The notes beneath the pieces are model-generated. The model made no database searches. It was given only the letters and a program-made list of their open reading frames with translations, and was not told where the DNA came from. A stretch of 64,000 bases of DNA from Macrostomum lignano (Eukaryota). The number at the start of each line of letters is the position of its first letter. The stretch's first letter is position 1. The translations under genes were made by a program, and so were the position numbers. The stretch is from positions 5,944 through 69,943 of the forward strand of contig NIVC01001470.1 in NCBI GenBank assembly GCA_002269645.1. Direction: 5' to 3'. This document shows positions 20,807 to 33,674 of the stretch, in pieces.

Positions 20807-23800
20807 GGCTTCGCTGGTCTGGGCAAAGGCAATACGAATTGGATCTGTTATCGCTCTTTGCTTAGGGCCTCTTCTCTGTCTCTCTTGCGAGGCCCTTGAC
20901 TGCTCACCAGCTTAAATCTATAAATGAGACCGCCTACAGGACTAGGGGGTTCAGTTCAGAGCCATATCTTGGACGATCCAAAGTTGGCGCCCAGCACAGC
21001 GGAGGTTTTCACCCTTCTCTCTCTTTCCGCACTGATACTGATATAAACTCCTTCCTTTTATTGATTTTTATCAGGTCGGACCCACCAGGCTGTTTGATTG
21101 TGAGGGGGGTTGGGTGCGCTGGTGTCTAGCTGAGGTAAGAACAATCAACAAATTGGTCTGCTGCGCTCACCAAGCTGTGGCCTGTGGTTGTGGTTAGCAG
21201 TCGAAATTGTTAGTGGCGGCCAGACAATACAAAAACTAAGGCAGATCTCGCTGAGGGGCCCTGTTACTCAGTCAGCGATTTAACTCAGCTCAGAGCTCTC
21301 TGATGCTTTGAACCTCTTCTATTTAATAGCAACGAGGCCACGAAAAATGGTGGGCCCCCGTCCTGCTACAAGTTGCTTTTCAATTCGCTCGCCTTGTTTT
21401 CGCTCGCCAGCCTATAACAGGCCTCTCTCGGCAGCGCCTGCTTTCGCGGCCCCAAAACCCTTCCTCCCCTCACCCGCCCCTCCCCGCTCAATCCTGCCTT
21501 CCTATCTCCACTGCTGAAGCCGCCTGGTGGTTGAATTAAAGATTTGGGCGGGGGAATGGCGCGGAGGGTGGGGTGGCTGCCCCCAATGTACGCAACGCGC
21601 GGCGGGCCTCCCTTTGCTCAACCAGAGGTCCCCCCTCGCCAACTTGGGGGCATGTTTCGGCTTGGGCCGCTGGCACCCCTGCCGTATCAGGCCCTGATGA
21701 ATTTCAGTTCTACTGGCTGCTGCAAAATAATGGCGCTTAAACTAAATGGAAGCGGAGGCAACAGTCAGGACTTGGATATGGCAATTTGCATCCGAGGTAG
21801 ATTTCAATCTCAGATGCCATTTGCGTTGTTTGGCCTCCGCTTTCAGAAGGGCCATCTGTCTGTCCTGTACCTCCAGTGCACCGCAACGGGAATGAATGAA
21901 ATATAATCATCATATTGCGCAAAATTTGCTTCTGCAGAACTGTCTGCACTAGCTGGCATCTTTGAATTTCTAAACTTGTGCCCAGTCTGAACTGCATGGA
22001 ACTAGCTGTCTCTCGTTGCACTTCTCTTAAAAAATCTACGCTCGTAGCATTGACTTGTTGGACAGCACTGAGGACCCTATCTCCGTTTCCTGTACTAGCT
22101 CTGGCTCCTCCTGTATGCTCAGATTGATAGGGTTTTTGCCACTGGTCCGCATCCGCTTTCTGCAGTTTCTGCAACACTCTCTACACTACAGTGGCCAGGA
22201 ATTCGCTTGTATCTGCATTGCGGCTTGAGCAGTTAATCTGCCAGGTCTGTTGCACATAGTAGAAAAACTGCCTCTTGACCCTGCTTTGCTTGTATAGTCA
22301 GTCTGACTGCGCACTCACATTTCCTGTTGCATTCGCAATGACCAATAGACAATAATGCTTCCTAGAGCTCACATTATTGGAAACCGATTTTGTGAAGTGT
22401 AAGGTTAAAAATCCGGTGAAAATTACTGAGTAGCATTACTTCTTAGCTCTTAGTTCTTCGTTGAAGAATGCCAACACCTGCAGCATTGCTCTTGTCAGCA
22501 GCTCGCTGAGCTGAGTCATGTGTGACAGGCTACGGAATACAAGAAAAGCATTGGATGAGCATAGCAAAGGTTTCATACTGCATTGATGCTGAATATAGCT
22601 TGGTGCGCGGCACAGTGTATTTTATATTATATATTATTGTACAATACTGTATTTTGTATTGACCAGCATGATGCTAATGTATTTTGTCTCGTTTAATGAT
22701 AGCAATGTTTGCAGCAACAGGCAACAGCAGATGCTGAAAGCAGGCAATTTAATAAGCCTGAGCTGCCTGGAACTGTACCAGTGAGTAGAGAAAATAGCCA
22801 TGCAGTTTTCGGTTTAGACTGGAGAAAGAAAAAATGGTATCCAAGGCTCATGTCAGCAAAAGCAATGGCTCGTATACGGCTTGTACAAGCGTTAGCAGTA
22901 AAGAGTTTTCCGACTGCTAGAGGGCTCGCTGGAGCAAGGGTTCTCCAAGTTCTGTTGCTGCCAGATGAGCGCAGAGTGAGTCATAGTCTACAGCCCAACA
23001 CTGGCTCGCACTGGCACGCACCATGCAGGCATCATGGAGTCCCAGTCCAGCTCCGGAGGGCAGAGTGTGGGGTGGGACACTTCTCACTCCGCCGCACGAA
23101 CGAACTCAACGTGCCAGGCTCTTAGCACCGGACCGCGGACGAATTCAATGGTGCCAAATACTGCCAGCCAAAGCAGAAATAGAGTGGGGTAGACAAGAGG
23201 ACGAGAGAAAATAAGGAGAGCAAGTAAAAGAGGAGTGGGTGGGGCTGCAGCCTGCAGCCACGTCAGACCTGGTGAGAACACAAAGCTGAGCGCGGGGACC
23301 ATCAACAAAGCGCTTTGAGTCGAACTGAGAATTGTTTACCCAGAGCATGTGTGGCCCCGCAAGGTCTGCACAAATGGAGCGAATCTCAATGCTCGAGACT
23401 GCAGATGGGGTGTCCAACTTCACTCCAGCCACAGTCACCAACCGCAGCAACCATGCAGATGCTTGCGTGTGAGCTGTGTGTGCTCTCTTTCTTCGTGGCA
23501 ATTTTGCTCGCAGTAAACGATTCCAGCTTTTCTTGATGCTCGGGCTCTGCTGCAGCGACTGCTCATTTACTTATTAGTCCTTTTCGATGTCAGCAAAGAA
23601 AATTCCGGACCTGGTTGAGTGAAGGGCATGATAAAAGCATCAAGCAGAGGGTGCAACAAATTGATGCACAAGCAGGATTCAATAAAGTACAAATCAGTAC
23701 TACGAATATTAATAGGATGTCAGTACTGCCAATCGAATTGCGAGCAGCTCCTACAAAAGTCAGGTAGGAACGCCACAAGGTGTATAGTGTTGTAACAAAG

Positions 23801-25191
23801 AGATGAGTTGCTAAGGTTTCCACATTTAGCTCTCGTCTCAAATCTCTAATAGTTGCAAAGGTCGCACCCATTTAGTCAGTTGCTGTTAAATGTCAGCAAA
23901 GGGAATTTGCTTAGTCAAGTCTTGCTCGCCAAATTAATGACACTTAATAATAAAAGCCCTGTCGGAAAGGAACAGGGTGTAGCAATTGCGTGCCAATCTT
24001 GCTGCCTAATTGGGCTGGATGGGAGACAGGAATTGTCGGCCTCGAGGTGGCTCCTCCCCGACTCAGAGGAGCAGGTGCCGGCCGCTCGAGTTGCGAAACC
24101 CTTTGAAAAAATCCGCGTCTCAAGGCTGCCTCCGGGCGCTCACGATGAGGATAGAGGGAAGGGAAGGAAAGTGCGTTCTTTTTGACCTCTTTCCTTTTAG
24201 CCTATCCATGAGCTATACATTCTCTGGTAGGAAGGGAGATAAAATATCCTGACAGGTGACTGAAGGCACTAACAATTCTATTGAAGCTAGTGGGGTCTTT
24301 TTCCCCTGCAGATCCCTAGATTTAGCTGTCTATGAATTTGTGTTTACAAAAAATTCATGTAGGTAACATTGAAATGTATTTTACTGTCTTCACAGTCGAC
24401 ATAAAGACAAACCACCTCGCAGATTATCACGCGAGAATTCTTAAAGCCGAAGAAGTGGTTGGTTGATTGGTTGAACTGAATGATGAGGCGGTTTGATTTT
24501 CTCTGCGGCAGCTGCGAACTGATCGCATTTCCAGCAGGAAGGCGGGAAACAGAAGGGGATGGAGCTCGTCAATCGAGATCAGCATCACTTGGGAGTTTTT
24601 AGTTGTCATGAAATTCGGGAAAGCATGGGATTCGGCGGAGTCTCTGATTTCCTCATCCAAACCGTCAAGTAGAGGAAGTGAGTTGAACCCTGGGGACACA
24701 GCTCTGAGCGGTTTAGTGCCTCCGACAGCAATCTTTTGTGTCAGATTGTATGCCCCCTCATCCATCGGAAAAGCTGGTTCAAGGCATTTAATTTTTTGTC
24801 CATTCAATTAAACAAAATTTCCCTATTCAGCTTCATGCGCTGTTTACGAACAGCCTTTGCAATCAGCTTGCAGCAGCACCAGCAGTGCCACGGCTGCAGC
24901 TTGCTACGTGATCAGAACTAAGGCAATGGTGGATGAGAACAATGACGTACGAGTAGGTACCCCCCCCCGCAGAAGAGTGTCTCCCTCTCCCCTCACCATG
25001 CATCTTTTCCACGTTCCCCACTCGCCGGCTGCAGATCCAATGTGAGCGCAGCTTCTCAAAAATTGACTGCATTGCGCGCGCGGCGTCACGTCACGGCCCT
25101 TTTTTCACCCTGCATCCGCTACTGGCATGGCCCCCAGGGAGGAGCGGGGAGAGAGAGACGAAGTGACGGGAAGTGGAGAGGCCTTCTCAGA

Positions 25192-25223
<32 letters not shown>

Positions 25224-26585
25224 CGTTTCTGCCGTTGCTGGTTTGCCGCTGCTGTCATGTTGTCTGTTGCTAGGCTGTTACGGAGTGCAGGATAGAGATA
25301 GAAAGGACGGCCCGAGAATATGAAGACAATTTTGTTTTGCATTTCAGCTGGCTCAGCTGGTGGGTAGTGCTTAAAAATGGAATGCCACACGCTTTTAATT
25401 TCCTGGAACCATGCGGCAGTCTTAATCAAAGAGTAGTACGGTTGGTTTTTTGTATCTCTGCTCTGTATTTCTTGGAATGGAATTATTGGCCTCGTTCCTT
25501 CTCTCTCTCTCTTTCTCTCTTTCTCTTTTTTGTCTCTCGCGAGCATGTTCAGAGATTCGTTTATTCGTTTCATCTCTTTCAGTTTTTCTCGAAGCCCGGT
25601 GACGATGGAGATGAAGTCTGCAAAGTCTGCTGAGCAAGATGCAGATGTAGGCGAATGGTTGGGAGGCTGTGTAGGGAATTGAACACGAGCATCGGGGCAG
25701 AAAAGGACAGGTAGGCAGGTAGGACAGAAGCCTTGCAGTTCTTGTCCAGAAACTCGGACTGCAGAAGAAACAGAAGAAAAAACTGCATGAAGGAGCAAGC
25801 AAAAAGAGCTCAGAAGATGGGAAATCAAAGGGAAGCGTTGGGTTGCTCAGTGAGCAGCAGCCGCTGCAACTGGCCATCTCTCATCACTCTTTGTACTCGG
25901 CGTAGGCAAGAGGCTCAGTGAAAATGGCGCCACCGTGCGACTTCGTTTCGGGCAAATTTTTCTGGCAGAAAGAAAAATAAAATCTAAGCTAAGTAGGAGG
26001 GTTGGTTTGGATGAAGCCGAGGTTGAATAGACAGGCAGAGGCACAATGATAGAGAGACAGGCAGAGCAGAAAGCATGAGCGGAAATGATGGCAGCAGGCC
26101 GCTCCAATCCAATTCGTGACTAGATCGCAGACGCAGAGGCAGCTCCATCAGCAGAGATGAAACAATGGAGTTGCTTTTTTCCAATTGCTGGCTTCGACTT
26201 GCTTGGCTCAGATTCTCTATCGGAACTGTGATAGAGCTACCACAGCTGAGACAAGTTCAGAAAGCTCAGAAACCCGAGACGAAGTTTTGCCGCCAAAGTT
26301 CCATCCTTTCTGGGGCATTGACAGATCAACCTTTCGGCCCATAGCAACTGTAGTGTTCCAACTGTGCAAGCTTCAGTGCACGCTTCAAACGGTCCGCAGC
26401 GGCAGGGAATAGCTTTAGTCGCCTACCATTATCTAGTGGGACGCAGGTACGCGGGTCTCTGACTGCAGAATTGGTGGACTGCAGCTTCAGACATGTCTGG
26501 CGCTGCCTTTAACCCCGCTCCACCTCTACCTTCCTTCCTGTGGTGACATTTCCCCGCGAAAATCCCATCCCCCTTGGACGAGGAA

Positions 26586-27015
26586 CCCGAAGCTCTGCAC
26601 TCGATAGACACGGATGGGGAGGAAGGCATAGCGCAAAGAATTTTCGGCTTTCGCCCAGCTTGGAAACGCAATGACTCACCGGGCATGCACTGCTGGATGG
26701 GATGGGGATTCGGACTGGTCCGTTGTTGGCTTTCACTCCTCTGCTTCTACGCACTGAATTCACCCCGAAGGTACAAGAGCAAGCGCCACTGGATAGATGG
26801 CCCGAAGCTCTGCACTCGATAGACACGGATGGGGAGGAAGGCATAGCGCAAAGAATTTTCGGCTTTCGCCCAGCTTGGAAACGCAATGACTCACCGGGCA
26901 TGCACTGCTGGATGGGATGGGATTCGGACTGGTCCGTTGTTGGCTTTCACTCCTCTGCTTCTACGCACTGAATTCACCCGAAGGTACAAGAGCAAGCGCC
27001 ACTGGCCATAGATGG
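26586..27015 (+). repeat. Tandem duplication of a 215-bp segment (26586-26800, 26801-27015)
   Basis: The copies are identical except for three small indels, two of them homopolymer length changes. Confidence 0.9.
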
Positions 27016-27160
27016 CCAGGCTGGAAGAGGTCTCTGCCCCTTCAGGATCCAAGCTCTGCTTCAGCCGGTCCGGTGCCAAAGAAAATCACAGAGACCAGAA
27101 CGGCTTTTCTGGAGCTAGACTTGGTCCTAGGACAAATACTAAAGACGAAGCTTGAACAAA

Positions 27161-28918
27161 ATGACGCAGGATGTGGCGACTCAGCCATCGTCGGCTCAGA
27201 AGCAGCCAGCTCGGCGGCGAGCCCGTCAGATGAGGGGCTATCATGGCGCTCGTACTGACGCTGCCATTCCGCTGACCTTCAAAGATCCCGACCCGGAGTC
27301 TCCACCGCCTCCGAATCAGTCTGCTGCTGCCGCGCAGCCGCAAGCTGCTGCAGCAGTCAGCCGACACTGTCGAAAGAGTCAACTGGAGCAGTTGCGAAGC
27401 GACCTCGAGAAGCTGGGCCAGCAGCTGGCCTCACTGCGCGGCGGTGGAGCGGGCCCAGCGCAACCAGATCCAGCGAAGCAGCCTGAGAAGTCGCCGCTGA
27501 AGCTCCAGGCACCGAAGAAACCATCGCCGCCACCGTCGCCACCGAAGCAAACATCGCCAACGCCCCCACCGCCGCAGTCATCCCCGCCTTCGTGGAGGCG
27601 AAGGATGGTGGCAGCGGCAACGACAGCAACAGCTGCAGACAAGGAGACCAAAGAAACTTCTAAAACTGAGACAACACTCAGAATGGAAATGGCGTTGAAC
27701 AACCACCAGTGGTTGAGGAGGCGACTTCGACGCGAGTGGAACGGAGGAGGCCCCGGCGTCGCCGGTCCCTAAACGAGGACGAGTCAGCACCACACGGAGC
27801 CCGCAGAGCCGGCGGAGCTCGGAGGCGAACCCGCCGTGGCGCTGGCCTCCTGTGCAAGGAGAAATCACCTTATCGAGATGACTCAGACGGCCATCTGATC
27901 TATGCGTTCGGCGACGTACTAAAAGATCGCTACCGGATCGCTCGCACACTTGGCGAGGGAACCTTTGGCAAGGTGACGGAGTGCATTGATATGCAAGACC
28001 TCTGCCAGACTCGCGTTGCGGTGAAGATTGTGAAGAATGTTACTAAGTACCGTGAAGCAGCCATGCTTGAGATCAACGTTCTCAAGAAACTTGAGGAAAA
28101 CGACCCTAACGGAAGGCATCTGTGCATCCGACTACTGAGTTGGTTCGACTTCTTTGGCCACGCTTGTCTTGTGTTTGACTTGCTTGGCAAGTCAGTGTTT
28201 GATTTTTTGAAGGAGAACGACTTTGCTCCCTACCCAATTGAGCATGTGCGACACATAGCCTACCAGCTGGTGTACTCAGTGGCTTTTCTGCACGCCAATC
28301 AGCTCACCCACACCGACCTCAAGCCTGAGAACATCCTGCTGGTGAAGTCCAGCTACACGACTTTCTACAATCCGCGCCGCAAAAGGAAGAGCGAATGCTT
28401 GACCGCACCGACATCCGACTGATTGATTTCGGTTCGGCAACCTTTGACCACGAGCATCATTCGAGCGTGGTATCGACCCGTCACTATCGCGCACCGGAGG
28501 TCATCCTGGATCTTGGCTGGGCGCAACCGTGTGACGTCTGGTCCATCGCTGCATTCTGTTTGAGCTGTACACCGGCTTCACCCTGTTCCAGACGCACGAA
28601 GATCGCGAGCACCTGGCCATGATGGAGCGAGTGCTCGGCCATGTGCCCTACAGAATGACTCGAGCCTCGCGAGCCGGCCTCTTCCGGCATGGCAGGCTCG
28701 ATTTCGACCATCACGGAGTTGAAGGCCGATTTGTGCGCGAGAACTGCCGCCCGCTGCATAGATACCTGCGAGACGAGACGGTCGATTCGCGCAACCTCCT
28801 GGATCTGATGCAGCGGATGCTGGAATTCGAGCCGGAGGAAAGGACGACGCTCAAAGTTGCGCTGCATCATCCGTTTTTCGCCTCGATACCGCCGGAATCA
28901 GTTCTGCACTCGGGCTAG
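27161..28918 (+). CDS. CLK: CLK/LAMMER dual-specificity kinase, intronless, with three apparent 1-nt deletions (about 27700, 28390, 28548)
   Basis: [55 protein letters not shown] and [11 protein letters not shown]. The frames rejoin if one G is restored (aag-gag-cga; atc-ggc-tgc). The start codon is uncertain. Confidence 0.9.
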
Positions 28919-30377
28919 GCTGCGGCCTGGCAGCTCTCTTTTGAAAGCAAAAGCATGTACACGTGTTATAATCAAAGGATATAGTAATTTATGCTTATAG
29001 TACCGAACTGCGCAAATACTTAGACAATGCTTTTATGTACATAGCCGCATCAGCAGTAGAAAAAAGATTTCTGTAATTGTTCTTGCATGCTTCAGGGGTT
29101 TTGCTTTGCCTTGCTTTACAGTATTATTGCAGACATCAAGGGAGCGATCGTTTGTCAAGTTTTTGTGGCCCTCAGCTTCTGCAGAACTTACGTTTCTGAA
29201 TAACTCTGCTATATTCTTTCACACACAGCATGGCTCGTTACCGCACCATCTACTTTAACTGCCAAAAAGCTTTTTTAAAACACAAAAAAACTTTTGCCAT
29301 GCGGTGATTTTTAAGCGCAGACACCTGACGCTTTGGACGTCACGCACCTGCCCAGACACAATCGGAAATAACGGCATAGATTGGAATCTTCTGATAGATC
29401 TCGTTGCAAAACTTACCTTCCTGTAGACAGCTTTAACTACCGAAAACTTTACCTCCAGTTTTTGCTATTGCCAGCAATCCGACTGCATATTTATATTGCG
29501 TCTGTTTTGCCAAAGGTACGTATCCATCAGGCATCTCTCCTGGCGTCCTCCGCATACTTCAAAAATACCTCAAAAGTGAGCACGAATAACTTGCACAAAC
29601 ATTTCTTGAGCAGCTTGAAAGTCAAAGAAAAACTTTGGCTTAGAAAGAACTCAGCTAAAAATAAGCTCTGCGCGCATTAGCCTTTTCGTTGCTACCCGAA
29701 ATAACTTTTGCGTATATTTTCTGAATCTGTGCATTACGCAACTACTGAATGCCATATGCGGTCCGTACTCGTACTTGCTCAATTGTATGAGGCGGTCGTT
29801 TCTATCTGCTGTACGCTGCAAATTGGTACGAAAAGTGGAACTTTGCTAGTTCAACCCTGACAGTTTAATAATTCTTGTCTTGTCTCACCCTCTCTGCCTT
29901 GGCCTGTGCAGAGCTGCTCAGCTGAAACCAACCGTGAATATTTACTCACCGATACTAACCTACTGTTAGTAGAGCTGCTTGTTGATTACTTAAAAAGACG
30001 ATTTTACTGCTCGAAACTTGAATAACATTGAAAAATGAAACGCGTTTATTTATGAAGAGCTTTAAGTTTCTAGTTTTGCAATTTTACAGGAACAGAAAGC
30101 TTGAATAAAGTTTTTCTTGTACTAAAGCAATTAAAATAGCAAAAATGATCGAGCTTTTGTACTTTTATAGTAGCCAATTCCGTCTACAGTTGACTGCCAA
30201 GCGATCGGGTGCGCGCGGAACTCCACATGAGTTCAACAAGCATTCAACTCTATTGTTAGAGATGTCAAATCTAAAAGTAACACTCTGACAAGGTCAATCT
30301 CGTGTCCCCTCCTCACGGCACAATACATGCTCATGCTTCCCCACGGCACGGTACAAACAATGCAGTGTTTTCCATTG

Positions 30378-30848
30378 TCACGCGTCTCCTTCCTTAGCTA
30401 CGGGTTTCTCCTTCCCAGGGAACTCGAGCGTCCTCGGTTGCCAGGCCAAGCAGATGGACAGCAACCTCTCTGGCGGCTTGCGCAACATCGGGCCCACGAG
30501 TGGCCGGAGGTTGTCCCATTTTGGCACCGACCGGTGCCCCATCCTGTCAAGCATCGCGAAGTCCTCTCTGGCCGTCACCCAGAAGCCTCTGTGCATCAGG
30601 GCGCCCTGCACGATGGCTTTGTCAGCGTTCAGACGGGCTAGGAAGCGTCTGTCCTCGCCTAAAATCCATGCGAGCAGCCAGGCGCGCCGCTCTTTCCGCA
30701 GGCTGAGCTCGAACAGCTGGGTCAGGCACCTGGCGAAGTCGCCGCGTCGAAACACGGCCAGCTGGAGGAGATAGCGATTGCTGGAGCTCATCCCGCTGCC
30801 TGACATCAGGCTGTTAGACTTGTCCGATGACACCGCCGAGCTCACAAT
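30378..30848 (-). CDS. Orphan protein, about 142-155 aa (first ATG 30806; acceptor-like TTCAG ending 30849)
   Basis: GC-rich coding-like ORF in AT-rich flanks, with AATAAA on the minus strand near 30050. No family recognised. Confidence 0.55.
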   Translation of the reverse strand: MVSSAVSSDKSNSLMSGSGMSSSNRYLLQLAVFRRGDFARCLTQLFELSLRKERRAWLLAWILGEDRRFLARLNADKAIVQGALMHRGFWVTAREDFAMLDRMGHRSVPKWDNLRPLVGPMLRKPPERLLSICLAWQPRTLEFPGKEKPVAKEGDA

Positions 30849-31459
30849 CTGAATTGACGATCCAATGCAAATAGTGTGCTAGATAGCGCGATGCTATCGT
30901 GTAAATGGAGTGACGATGGAGTGAAAAGCTAAATTGACGCGTGAAAAGCTGTCACAGGGCACAGTAACTCACAGTGCATGATCTAGTATCACGAGCATGC
31001 AAAAGTGCCGTCACTTGTCGAGGCATCTTGGTCACCAACCTGGTACAAAGCTTGTATTGTTGGTTAGGATGCCAAGATGAGAGTGACGGCACTTTTGCAT
31101 GTTCGTAGTACTGTTGCTGAATAACACCGGATAAAGCTAGTTCACGCGCCTTCAAATGAGGTAAAATTTTCTGATGCGACTCTGATATGATTTTTCGTTT
31201 CTTGGTGGCACATGAGTCGTGTGATTTGATGGCTCAATCGATCGGGGTTTTGAAAGAGCCTTTACGAGCGTAGTTTATTATTAGAGGCAGGCGGCTGTGT
31301 GCACCCTGGCGCACTTTAAGCGACATTGTCGCACAACCGGCGAGAGGCATTGCCGACTCAGGGGAGTCGGCGGAAGGCACACAAGCGCGTGGATACGTAC
31401 GCAGTCACATACACAGACACACACTCACAGGCATGTACACTTCACTGTGCCCTGGGGGT

Positions 31460-31599
31460 TAGCCCTCAATGGCATTAACTGCACGAGCAGACCCAAGCCG
31501 AGATTCAAATTTAGCCTCAAATTAATGTGACTGCACTTGGAATCGAGCCTGGGCCGCTGGCACATCAGCGCCGCGCTAGACCACTGGTCAACGGCCCCC
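31460..31599 (-). mobile_element. tRNA-derived SINE, family A, copy 1
   Basis: The minus strand has A-box-like TGACCAGTGG and B-box-like GGCTCGATTCC. About 105 nt is similar to 48313-48417. Confidence 0.65.
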
Positions 31600-32138
31600 C
31601 AAGAGCAGTTAGTCTGACATATTTAGTCGGTTAGTTTGTCCTCAGGGAGGGTCGATGGCACTTTTTTGACACTGTCGCCAGTCAAAGCGACTGAAGATTT
31701 TGTGATCGGTAGTGACGTTTCCTTACAAAAAAATCGAACGAAAGACTTGCCCTCAATGAATCGAAAGCCGGCTCAAATTGTTCGGTCTCGGAGCACTTGA
31801 TGAAGATTTTGCAGCGATTCTTTTCCAAGAAATCGCCTAGACGAACCGGTTCCGCTTCAGCCTCCATGGCTAGCCAGCGTGAGGGGCGTGGCACTGGGAT
31901 GAGGAGGCAGTCAGCCTAGTGAATCTCACTGCTGCAACGCTACATATTGAGCTTTGCGTAGGGCCAACCTATGATTACGCAAGTCCTTTAGTCTGTGGCA
32001 AATCTAAAACAAGAAGTTGTTGTTTCCCTGACTACTTTTGAATCAGATTGCACTGCAGTTGTCACCGAGAATACGAATGGTCTCAAGCGTAGCCTTTATT
32101 GTGCTAGTGTCTGCTAAAAAACCACAGTGCACTAGATA

Positions 32139-32723
32139 TAATGGGTGTCTCAATAAAAAAAGAACCTCTGATCGGATAAGTTTTCATTGAGCTTCGCAAC
32201 TCATGAAAAATAGTCATTGTCTACCTCAAAAACCATAGGCACAATCTACCATTGTCCGACTCCAAGACCATAGGCACAATCTACCATTGCCTGACTCCAA
32301 GACCATAGACAAAATCTACCATTACCTGACTCCAAGACCATAGACACAATCTACCATTGCCTGACTGAAAAGACCATAGGCGCAATCTACCATTGTCCGA
32401 CTCCAAGACCATAGACACAATCTACCATTGCCTGACTCCAGAACCATAGAAACAATCTAACATTGTTACAGCAGCCCTGAGCCGACCTTATAAAGACAGC
32501 GTTTGCAATCTTCAACGTTAGGATGTGCCATAGACAAAATCACTGCATGTTGCATATAGTAAGCCCGACTCCTGTTTAATCAGGTATCAATTGAAGCTTA
32601 AACTTTGCAGAAAAAAACTTACAAGCGTTAACAACTGAACTGTTGACTTTGGAACTTATCTGATGAGAGGGACTGTCACGATATACATTTATTTCGGCAC
32701 CTTTTTATTTGAGAAACCCAGTG
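32139..32723. mobile_element. Tc1/mariner-type MITE remnant enclosing a 35-bp minisatellite (32232-32462)
   Basis: TA-flanked imperfect inverted ends TGGGTGTCTCAATAAAAAAAG and CTTTTTATTTGAGAAACCCAGTG. About 7 internal units of CCATAGGCACAATCTACCATTGTCCGACTCCAAGA. Confidence 0.55.
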
Positions 32724-33319
32724 TACTATGTCTCGTTGCGTGCTTTATGATGCAGAGCAGCCTCAGCAAGTGCCTCTCTTGTTTGTATCCAGCTACTAAA
32801 AGTTGCTACTTCGATTTCCGCGGCTGATCCAAGTCAGAAAATCTGCCAGTTTCGCTAGAAGCTGAGCCCCATCAATGCGGACTTCCATTGGATGCGGTTG
32901 CCCTTTAGAAAAGCCTTTGCTAGCAAAAAATTGATTGATTGATTTCATATTTAATCTTGAGTTCGTCTCAATCGATTGGACTCTAAATAATAAAATACTA
33001 TTGGCAATCTTTTCGAATCAAAATACTGCTAGAGAAGTCCCTGCCCTGCTGTGAGCACTGCTCAATCCAGACTTGACCTAATTAATCCCATCTCTCAGGC
33101 CTGGGGATTCGGTTTGGGGCAGCGTTTTAAGAATAAATGAGAATGGGGGCTGGTCAGAAACCTTTAGCCGGAGTGAATCTGAGGTAATTTTTGGCCTAAC
33201 AAGAGGCTTCTCACATCCCACGAGCATTTAGAGCATTCAAAGTTAAATTTGAGCGAAATTGTTGAGTATGCGCTTAAAAAGCAACTTTACGTCTGATAAG
33301 ATCATCCATGTACTTACCG

Positions 33320-33579
33320 CAGGGGTCGGCAAACTCCTGCCCGAGGTGCCACATGCGGCCCCGCAAAGCCATCTTTCTCCATCTTGCCCTCGGGTCCTTT
33401 GAAACTTTACAATAGAAATCCGGACCGCTCAAGGTTTGTGTCTCTTCTCATCTGCCTTCTCTCGAATCTCCTCTCCTCTCTTCTCTTTTCTCTACTCTCC
33501 TCTCTCCCCTCCTCTGGCACGCGGCTATGCTCTGGGTTCTCTATCTGGCCCTTGGAGTAAAAAAGTTTGCCGACCCAAC
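33320..33579. mobile_element. hAT (Charlie-like) MITE just downstream of the KChIP stop codon
   Basis: Left end CAGGGGTCGGCAAAC...CCACATGCGGCCC and right end AAAAAGTTTGCCGACCC, which are typical hAT-Charlie termini. The last bases of the right end are degenerate. Confidence 0.6.
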
Positions 33580-33674
33580 ATGCTCTGGAAGCTCATTTTT
33601 CATTTTTCATTTTTCGCTCAAGGTGGCTCGTATAATTTTAAAAATCACTTTAAGAGTTTTGTAGCCAAATTTAT

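Noticed and set aside
21700-23900. Several 70-146 aa ORFs between the zinc-finger and CLK genes
   Set aside because: No motifs, consistent strand or splice logic that I could support.
24427-24807. LLDGLDE as a NACHT Walker B motif
   Set aside because: There is no Walker A at suitable spacing and no other NACHT context. It is probably chance or an unrecognisably decayed fragment.
28380-28560. Programmed -1 ribosomal frameshifting in CLK or the zinc-finger gene
   Set aside because: No X XXY YYZ slippery sites. The breaks fall inside conserved motifs and are repaired by restoring one base.
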